DNA of 20,000 nt from the NCBI RefSeq assembly GCF_000181795.1, contig NW_003526945.1:5295799-5315798 (forward strand), given 5' to 3'. Positions 11,629 through 20,000 of this stretch are shown here, in pieces. The stretch is from Trichinella spiralis (taxonomy: Eukaryota). Under the pieces are notes generated by a model that saw only the letters and a list, made by a program, of their open reading frames with translations, was not told the DNA's origin and searched no databases. A program made the translations under genes and the position numbers. How positions within the stretch are numbered: the first letter of the stretch is position 1; every line of letters begins with the position of its first letter.

Positions 11629-12398
11629 CTATGCGTCCGTATACTTCATAAAAATCACATCTTCAGCATTATTCATTGGGGTTTCACCTGGAGCGACCGT
11701 GCGAAATCCAAAATAGGAAAAACTTCGAATCAGAAGTGCTCGATCATTGCGCTCTTTATCGATTACCAAATAAATTTCTTCAAGTTTCAAGGTTTCGGTC
11801 ACAAACTCTAACACGCTGATAAACCTAGAAAAATTGCTTTTATTAAAACAACAGCCCTTTGAAATTAATACACACACTATTAATAATATTACTACACATT
11901 AACTAATATACAATGACTAAAAGTGTAGCTTACCCTTTCCTTGATAACAGCGCAACATCTGTCAAAGTTACATAAAGATGAATACATTTTGGTGAAACAA
12001 TTATAGCATTCCAGATGTTTTTAATGCCATCGGTGACCCCAATGATAAATTTTAATCTTACTGCTTCAAATGATTGCAAAGAATTATTCTGAAAAAAACA
12101 CTATCATTAATATCATATGTGAAAAATCGTTGAAACAAAAAACTTACTAAAAATTGTTGCATGCATAAATCAGAGTTCAAAACAGAGGGCTCTGTTTTGA
12201 ACCCCACACCGCTGCCCTCTGCGCACTTAAAAGTGCATTTGCTGTCGGCGGCGTGAGGCACATCAGGAGCACCATTTTAGGCCTCCATCAAGTTGGATAG
12301 AGAAATGAATACACCTAAAAAAATACACCATCAACTTCAATTCAGAACAAAATTTCATAACGCTATCACCCAAAGTTGTTCGGGATTCGAAGCTGCAT
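11629..12398 (-). CDS. OAZ: Ornithine decarboxylase antizyme, translated via programmed +1 frameshift (~181 aa)
   Basis: ORF1 is 12398-12370 + 12314-12263 (MQLRIPNNFGCIHFSIQLDGGLKWCS*). ORF2 in the +1 frame is 12264-12148, 12088-11934 and 11824-11629 (DVPHAADSK...WNAII...LYV...SRKGFISVLEFVTETLKLEEIYLVIDKERNDRALLIRSFSYFGF...FMKY), a typical ODC_AZ domain. All introns are GT..AG and in phase. Confidence 0.96.
12182..12259 (-). other. Frameshift-stimulatory RNA pseudoknot 3' of the antizyme shift site
   Basis: Starts 3 nt after UGA. Stem 1: GCCUCACGCCGC (12259-12248) with GCGGUGUGGGGU (12212-12201), 12 bp including 3 GU. Stem 2: GCAGAGGGC (12222-12214) with GCCCUCUGU (12190-12182), 9 bp. One-nt hinge A, 10-nt loop 2, and hairpin GCACUUUUAAGUGC inside loop 1. 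Confidence 0.85.
12262..12274 (-). other. Programmed +1 ribosomal frameshift site UGG-UGC-UCC-UGA-U
   Basis: The reverse complement reads GGA GGC CTA AAA TGG TGC TCC TGA TGT GCC TCA C, matching the canonical metazoan antizyme site (WCS* then D-V/A-P-H in +1). TGA is at 12265-12263. Confidence 0.96.
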
Positions 12399-12402
12399 TT
12401 TC

Positions 12403-12440
12403 AGAGAGACACACACACAGAGAGAGAGAGAGAGAAAGAG
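12403..12440. repeat. Compound (AG)/(AC)/(AG) microsatellite; (CU)n(GU)n in the presumed antizyme 5' leader
   Basis: agagagacacacacacagagagagagagagagaaagag lies a few nt upstream of the OAZ ATG (12398). Confidence 0.9.
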
Positions 12441-12494
12441 CAACTGCAAAACGACCAACCCGACTGAAAGTCGAAATATGAGCAATGAAACTGA

Positions 12495-12502
12495 TGACGT
12501 CA
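12495..12502. promoter_or_regulatory. Perfect CRE palindrome TGACGTCA (CREB/ATF site) upstream of OAZ
   Basis: Exact 8-mer about 100 nt upstream of the OAZ start, in the divergent OAZ/TYW5 intergenic region. Function not shown. Confidence 0.4.
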
Positions 12503-13194
12503 GAGTCTGTTTGTTTTTTACCTGCAAATCACTTAAGACATACTGTATCAGTTATTAAAATCAATTAAATAAATATAAATAAAAATTATCATCAGGATAT
12601 TTAAATAAATACTTTTATTTATAATTTATAATAATAACTATTTGATTTTTAATTTTACAAATCACAATTTTTATTACAGTAAAATTTTATTCATGGTCCA
12701 TATTTCTTATAATAAATGAAAGTGATACAAGTTTATTAAGTGAAATATATTTCAAAAATAATATAACAATTATGAATATATTAATTTTAAATTTAATTCA
12801 TTTTCACCGTTTATTTGTATATGGAATTATTTTAATTGTACTTAACTTTTCTTTATTTTACAGAATGCACTGTACTACATGAGAAGTAAATAGAATATTA
12901 TCCAATTCAATACAGTTGAATTGTATTGATTTTTTCTAATTTTCATTGTACGTTTATATTATACTTCTGGCCTATTTGAAAGGGAAGAAACGTATTAAAA
13001 ATATACAATATTGAAAATTACACTGATGAGTTTTGTGATAAATCATAATTTAAGTTTTATTGTTTTATCAAAATGGTTAATTGAGCTTATCAGTAGATTA
13101 TTTACATTCAGTTCAAATGGCGCGTTTTTTATCGCAGTCCATTAAATTTTAAAATACGGCGTACTTTTATTTTAGTATCAATACTTGAAATAAA

Positions 13195-14704
13195 ATGACC
13201 ACAAAGCAGTTGCCTGTGTACACTTATCCAGCTATTCCAAATTTGATAAGTACATGTGCATTTCCAGTTTCATAATTACTATATAAATGTTGATGGTTGT
13301 TTTCCAAAATAATGTAATATGATAAAATTCTAAGAAAATTTTTTTAATGTTTTATAAGACGAAACACTGTATTTACAACTTGTTTAATGCATTTTTACAT
13401 AGTGTGCTTATTTCCAATGCCGTTTATTTGTAGTTTATAATTAAATAGAAATGACTGTTTATCATTCATAATTTAGAATTTTTAATTAATTTGTTTTACG
13501 AAAGGGAAGCATTTATTATTCGCGGTATTGATATCGGAAAATGTACTGCACTGTGGTCCAGCGTTGAATATTTAAAGTCAAAAATACCGGATGAGGTGAA
13601 TGCTAGTGTTCATGTATCAACAAATCCGAAACTGAACTTTCTTAGAAGAAACTTTGAATACAAGTATGTTGCTCATGATATATGACACGGGTTAGATATT
13701 TATTTGTTTTCTTTTATTTCATAGAATTCTGAAGTTGAAAGCCATTCTAGAAAGATGTAGCCGAAATGAACAAACAGAATTTTTTCTTTCAAAAGTGTGA
13801 TTGAAAAGTGTGTACATTTTCCAGTAACTATTTCTATTATAGGATGAAAAATATTACATGCGTGCATTAGGCAGTGATCATCGCAAGGACGCCGCATGTA
13901 TTCAAACTGATTTCCCCTACTTAATGCCAGATTTGCAGCTGCCGTTTCTGTTTGATAAGGATAAAATTTTTTCTTCCGTTCTGAGAATATCATCTGCAGA
14001 CATACAAATATGGACCCATTACGATGTCTGCATCACATTTATAAAATCAGTTGTTATTCTGTGACTTTTTTTAGATTATGGATAATATTTTATTACAAAT
14101 TGTTGGACGAAAACGAGTAGTCTTGTTTGATCCATCACAGATTCCGTATCTGTATTTAGAAGGTGTTGAAGCAGCGCATAAATTATTCACAGTTTTTAAT
14201 TAATATACATTTTAGGTGACAAGTCAAAGGTCATCGATATCGATGATTTGGAAAGTACTGAATTTCCCCAATTTCAGCGTGCAGTACGTAATGAAGGCAT
14301 TCTTTATCCTGGTGATGTTCTGTATATTCCAGGTGCGGAATGAAATGTTTGCTTAATTTTTCAAATGAAACTTTATTTTAAATTAAGAACTTTTTATTTT
14401 AATTAAATTTTTAATTGAAAATGTTTACAATTTATAATTTCATTTAGCTCTGTGGTTTCATAATACAACGGCTATGGATTTCAGTATATCAGTGAATATT
14501 TTTTGGCAACATCTTGATAGTTCGTTTTATGATAAAAAAGATTTATATGGAAATCGCGATCTTATTCTTGCACAGAAAGCTTTCCAATGCTTTGACCAAG
14601 GAGCAAAACTTTTAGAGAAGCTGCCATCACCATATCGACAGTTTTACTTTTCACGCTCCTTGCAGTTGCTTCAGGATAAAATTGATTCAACCAATGAAAA
14701 ATAA
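13195..14704 (+). CDS. TYW5: tRNA wybutosine-synthesizing protein 5, JmjC Fe(II)/2-oxoglutarate hydroxylase (~318 aa, 7 exons)
   Basis: Exons 13195-13249, 13477-13663, 13725-13794, 13843-14025, 14075-14162, 14216-14332 and 14448-14704. TYW5 motifs: GIDIGKCT, DEKYYMRALG, FSSVLRISS, WTHYD-IMDN, GDVLYIPALWFHN, VNIFWQHL, DLYGNRD. The H-x-D...H triad is intact. Confidence 0.95.
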
Positions 14705-15287
14705 AGATGCTCAATATTTTTCATAATACTTGTGAAAATTTGAATTATTGTTCATTATTAAATGTACATTTATAAAAATACGACTGTTCAATGGAATCAT
14801 GATCACTGATTTCATTTATTAATAAATAGCGTTACTGTCAGAAACAGGGGAAATCAGCATACTAATATACCTGTAATAATAATTATAGTTATAATAATTT
14901 TTAAACTTTATGTCGTGTTCAGGTTTTACATTTTTATATTTTATTATTGATTTTACGACTTTATTTCAACTTGAATTTTCTTTTACAGTACTTACTTTTG
15001 TTACAGTACGTAAGCTGTGATTATTTCTTTGAAGCGTGTGGCATATGCAAAATATATCATTCATTTGGAATTCTATTTTATTATAGCTATTTTATATCTT
15101 GGACACACATAATTATTAAATTGTATAATGAAGTTATTTCTTTTTGATTTATTTTATAATTTGGCACATTTTCTTGCCATCTTTGTTTATTTCTGACTTA
15201 ACACAATCATATTTCACTTGGGAAAAAAGTTTTGCTTTAATTATTAATATATTAATTGTTATTTGTTTTTTATAGTGCATTTCCGAA

Positions 15288-17235
15288 ATGGTCATGGTTC
15301 GAATATTTGCAGATGATACTATAGATAGTACCATTCATAATTTTGAGTGTAAAACAGTTGGCGAACTGAAGCAGTCCTGTCAGAAAATTGTTCCTCTAGA
15401 TGAGAAGATTACAGAGTTTGGTAATAATTTATATTAAATATTGCAATGAATGTTATTATTTAAAGGATTTTATTTATTCATTAAGTTGCAATATATTGTG
15501 GTAATACGTTGTCAGATGACAAAGAACTTACTGAAGAAAATGGAATTTATTCCTGGAGCATCATTAAGCTTCTTTCACGTGTGAAAGAACCATCTGCAGA
15601 AAGTGTGTAAAATTTTATATTTTAATAAATAATTTATAAAGTAAAGATAGTTTTATAGCTCTTGTTCTTCGTAAGGGAGAGTGTTTGTCTACATCCCGAA
15701 GTTTCAGAACGATGAGCATTTACAATTTAACAACTACGCTTGAGAAGGTTTCATCAGTTGTAAGTTGAAATTTTCTGCTATCAAATTTGTCCTGTATTTA
15801 AAATACTATTAATATCAGCATCGAAAAATGATGGCAGATCCTCAGTGTGCACGGAGGTTTCTCACTGTTGTTCCACAGTTAAAGCAAGATTCACTGGCAT
15901 GGGGTATTATGGTTTGCTTAACATTCGCATTTTCAGAAATTTATTTGCAACTTATAGCTGCATTAAGAGATTGGATGCTCATGTCTTTTTTCTTTAAATC
16001 TGAAAACGTTTTCAGGTAAGATTTTTCAGCATTACAACAGTATATGAACAGATTGTAATTGTTTGCTTATTATATGTATCGTGATTTGCTTCCTTTGGGT
16101 GGTACTGGGTTCATACACATATCAGATGTCGTTACGGGTTTATTTTGAGTGAAAATATTGTTTGCAAAGCAAAAATGTTTTCAATAAATGTTTAAAAGCT
16201 TTTTTTAAATGTAAGTGATTATAAACAAGTACTTTGTTGTATATTTACTTATGTAGTCCAGTTAATGCCGAAGATAAACTGAAAACTTGTTGAAAATTCA
16301 ATATTTATTATTATTATTATTACACAGGAGCGAATAATAATATTAATAAATCAAACATTGTTAAATGGAAATTTATTTTATTCAACATAAAGTCACTGTT
16401 ATCAATATGGCATAAATAATGAACAAGTAGAAGTTTACATATAGAAAATCAGAACGATGCGGATTGTTTTATAAAAAAGATTAACTCCTTAACTTTATCA
16501 ATTTAGCATTGGTGATGCTCATCCAGCATTCATATCTGCATTTTACGCGATGTCTTCAACTTTGTTAGAACGAGCTGCTAAGAGAAGCACACCACTTAAA
16601 GGAGTAACACTTTCTTTCCAAAGTAATATTTGAAACGCTTTTCCATTTAAGTAAGTTTCAAATACGAACGTCACCTGTTTAAGGAGTCGACGAAAATCAA
16701 GCAGACATACAATATGAGCCCGGTATTGCACAGCTATTACGTGCGCATGTAAATATTGAATAACCATTGCCAAAGTTGAATTTCTTTTATTAATCATTAA
16801 TCGGACTTTAGAATCTAGCTCGTAGACTGTATCGGCAGAACATTTTACAATCTCCACATAGGAGTATGCTGTTATTGTAATTGTTGAATTACGCTTTTGT
16901 AATGATTAATTTTCTTTTTCTAGGAGCGAATCAAATCAGACAATCAACTCCATCAAATACAAATCAGCAGTCTGTTACAGGAAACCAACAATTTACGAGG
17001 GATCTATTATCCGATGCTCTTAGGCAAGCCAGAGAAAGGACATTTGAAGTAATGGAAATTCCTGTATCATTATCATATTTTCAATTTTTACCTTTAGTCG
17101 CAGATGGAAATGCTACGAGATTTGGGTTTTCACAATGACGAAGAGAATGCTCATTTTTTAGAAGTCTCTAACGGTAACCTGGATTTAGCCGTGAATTTGA
17201 TACTTGCTGAAAGAGAAAGGATGACAATGGACTAG
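15288..17235 (+). CDS. UBL7: Ubiquitin-like protein 7-like: N-terminal UBL and C-terminal UBA (~325 aa, 10 exons)
   Basis: Exons 15288-15420, 15486-15602, 15659-15747, 15819-15903, 15958-16015, 16507-16622, 16684-16748, 16812-16863, 16924-17048 and 17098-17235. UBL motif TVGELK...IYCGNTLSDD; central VPQLKQDSLAW...AHPA; FTRDLLSDAL; UBA MLRDLGF...NGNLDLAVNLI. Middle exons are less certain. AATAAA at 17407. Confidence 0.8.
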
Positions 17236-17775
17236 AAATAATAATAATTCGAATTCCAAGTATTAATATTAAATTTAGATTCAGAACGCATTTTCGATTA
17301 CGTCTAACAATTTCTTTCTGTCAATAATAGTGACAACAGTTTTACCGGAAAACATCTATCTTTCAAAGTAGTTAATCTACAGAAATTCTAGATAAGCTTG
17401 TTTTCCAATAAAATTAGAAAGAATAATGCGAAATGATCATTCAAATCTGATACCACAACTTAATATTCATATGGAGAAGTAGAAAAGCGTAATAATGATC
17501 GAAAAGTATTTTAAAAATTCCTACATGAATAACTGAAATTCATTTCTGACTATTCAAGAAAATGGTAGGTGCGAATTACTTTTCATTAGTGATGATCAGG
17601 AATGGTGCTTCGCCGCATAACAATTGCAGTTTAAAGTTTTACAGTAATGTTCAGTTTAAAATGCAACAGACATAAAGGCAGCGTTGAAAATTTCAACTTC
17701 AGTTTAACGCGTGTCGTCAACCTGAGCGCATAGTAAAGCACTCAATCTCTTTAATCTGTAGAAAACAACGAGAAA

Positions 17776-18433
17776 ATGGAGAGGACCGGCAACCACCAAG
17801 AAACGGTAAACTTTTCAAATATTGACGTGTAATTTGAAAATAATTTTAATAATTTGTTTGTTTTTAATTCAGTTTAACGAGGTTGCTTGGAAAAAGCTGA
17901 AGTTGGATGATGACCAACTGAAAGATTATGAGAAGCAGGTTAAGCCGAATGCGGATATTGAAGAGACCAGCCAGGATGAACAAGCAATGGAAACCAATGC
18001 TGAGAACAATGATTCGAACAGTGTGATTGGAAATGAAAGTGAACTGATGATGGTCAGTGGAAGTCGACAACGTTCCATGCTTGATGAAGAGAAAAAAGTT
18101 GGAGAATCTGTTAGAAATATCAATGCGGATAAGGTGAACGAAGGCGTATTTGAAGGGTCGTCAGATGGAAATGAACAGTCCAGTAGCCGTAACGATGCAC
18201 AAGTGATGTATGATACAGCGTGTGAAGCCACCAATGAACAGGCGGATGAAAATATGGATGAATCTCAAAATGGAGTGTTAGGTGGCGAAATAGATTGTGA
18301 TCGTGAAGTATCCCATATTTGTCCCGCTGTCCTTCTGCTATGGTCCATGCGGGGAACGCCTTGTTTTAATACATTGTTGATGGAATTTCTGCAGATTATG
18401 TCTGACTCGTCTGAGGAATGCGAGGAACCTTAA
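17776..18433 (+). CDS. Hypothetical acidic (Glu/Asp/Asn/Ser-rich) low-complexity protein (~167 aa)
   Basis: Exons 17776-17805, 17873-18307 and 18395-18433 with GT..AG boundaries in phase 0. Long purine-rich coding-like ORF. No family recognised. Confidence 0.7.
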
Positions 18434-18713
18434 AATATGTGTGTATTTAATCCATGTTACTCACTTTGAACTGACAATTATTTATTAGTTCATTGATTAA
18501 CTTACATTACGTGCATCATTTTAAAATTATAACTTCGATCAAAGCATACTGTATTATTGAACTTAATTTTTAATAAAATATTGTTCAGCTTCATCTGTAT
18601 GATTCTACATAAGCAATGGCGCATAATTATTCTAATAAAAAGATTGCTATTGAAATAGTTTTTATAATATTATTTTTCATTTATATATTAGTAATTTTCC
18701 TTAAATGATTCTT

Positions 18714-18755
18714 TGTGTAAACTTATAATTCCATTGATGTGTAAACTTATAATTC
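18714..18755. repeat. 18-nt direct repeat TGTGTAAACTTATAATTC x2 (period 24)
   Basis: Identical copies at 18714-18731 and 18738-18755. Confidence 0.9.
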
Positions 18756-20000
18756 AGGTAATTACAATATTGAATTGAATGATAGGCTTAGTAATATTAA
18801 TAATAATATGGAATAAATTTATTACGAGTATTTTCTACTGTGAGATGTGCACTGAAAAAGTCACAAACCACTTAAAACTGAATTTCAATTTAATGTAATC
18901 TCTTCTTATTTGTAAACATGAAAAAAAAGAACAACAAATTTGTTTCTAATTATACTAACAGCTTTATATACGAAAAATTACATAGATCAAATTGTACTTC
19001 TTGTAAGCTACTGTTCAGCATGCCCATCATCGTCTTTTATAACCCCATTATCATAAAAATACAACAACTCGATCAAATCCCAAAGCTGAAGTCATCACCA
19101 TCGTCATCCGCTGTTTCAGCACGAAAAGCGTGCTATAAGTTTTTCATTTCTGTTGAATACGTCACCACATCGCACAATGCGTAATAAAAAACAGTATTAT
19201 CGGTATTTTTGTTACCAACCACTGGCAAGATTACTAGATGAGGTTCTGTCTAAATATGCCTTTTTAAATGTATATTCAACAGGTGAGCATTGCTTTCAGA
19301 ATGAATATTTATGCTTCCAAAAAGAAAATAAACAACAAATGCCAAATCTGTTAGCGCTTAGTGTATTCTTTTTACGGTTCCATTATCATACCATTACTGA
19401 TTACGTGTAATTTTAGCTTTGCAATGAACCTGAACTTCATATTCACGTGGCAAAACAGAAAAATACAACATTGTCAAAAAATTATTTGTGATATTATTAC
19501 TTCAAAAATCCAAAATTTATGAAAATTTTAGGTTATACAAAAAAGATAATTAAAAATTATTTTTCATTATTTATTAACAGCAATGGTGCTTCAAAGCTCC
19601 AGTTAAATTTTTTCCACAAACAGAGTGCATTAAGTAAATAAAGAGCAATGAAAAATCTACAGTAGCCATATTTATCAGCAGAAATGAATAAAATAAAAAT
19701 TTGCATGCCAGGTCGTTGGCTTTGTTGACCTAATAGAAATCATTTCAGTTTGAGGCCGTCCGTGGATGGTAGCTCAGCGCTTTGATTGGAAAATTGACTG
19801 AAGACAAACATTGAAGCCAAACACTATTTTTGCTTTTTTCTCATTATTATTTTTTGAATTAATTTGTGAAAAATAATTTTTTAATCAACATTCAAAGACA
19901 ATGAACATTAACGATGAGAAAACGGCGCATTTAGCAGTAAGTGGCAGATTTTTCATTTTTTAAGTCATAATCACTTAACAATACAATAGAGAATCGATAT

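Noticed and set aside
12263..12265. UGA as selenocysteine, readthrough codon or pseudogene lesion
   Set aside because: Frame 0 stops again 12 codons later, the conserved domain is in +1, and the context is the canonical antizyme frameshift site.
12293..12558. Plus-strand ORFs containing RERERE
   Set aside because: Antisense to OAZ and produced by the (AG)n microsatellite.
16016..16506. Unusually long UBL7 intron as a snoRNA host
   Set aside because: Only a degenerate C box (GTGATTA) with a CTGA; no terminal stem or recognisable rRNA guide. snoscan or Infernal would be needed.
16543..18234. Minus-strand ORFs 16543-16857, 17864-18070 and 17926-18234
   Set aside because: Antisense shadows of plus-strand exons, as are the minus-strand ORFs over 3507-4518, 5855-6679 and 13700-13993.
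18918..19720. Short ORFs on both strands near the window end
   Set aside because: I could not build a phase-consistent spliced model or see homology; an unrecognised gene is not excluded.
19762..19830. tRNA-Phe-like fragments TAGCTCAG and GACTGAAGA
   Set aside because: No T-loop/B-box (GTTCRA), no acceptor stem and a poor anticodon stem; likely coincidence.

Overview
AT-rich eukaryotic genomic DNA with many short introns (about 50-110 nt, mostly with T-rich ...YAG acceptors). The style suggests a nematode, possibly clade I/Trichinella-like; this is inference, not a database match. I reconstructed seven spliced protein-coding genes by hand: an unknown Ser/Thr/Asn-rich protein (+), deoxyribose-phosphate aldolase DERA (+, probably with a GC-AG intron), a METTL27/WBSCR27-like SAM methyltransferase (+), ornithine decarboxylase antizyme OAZ (-), the JmjC tRNA-wybutosine hydroxylase TYW5 (+), a UBL7-like UBL-UBA protein (+) and an unknown acidic protein (+). 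The main result is the antizyme gene. It needs a programmed +1 ribosomal frameshift at UGG-UGC-UCC-UGA-U (12274-12262), which is followed by a clearly readable large-loop RNA pseudoknot. That mechanism is known. The possibly undescribed part is a 15-bp hairpin (12205-12172) that overlaps the pseudoknot and cannot form at the same time, making it a candidate conformational switch or attenuator of frameshifting. No rRNA, tRNA, CRISPR array or intact mobile element was found.
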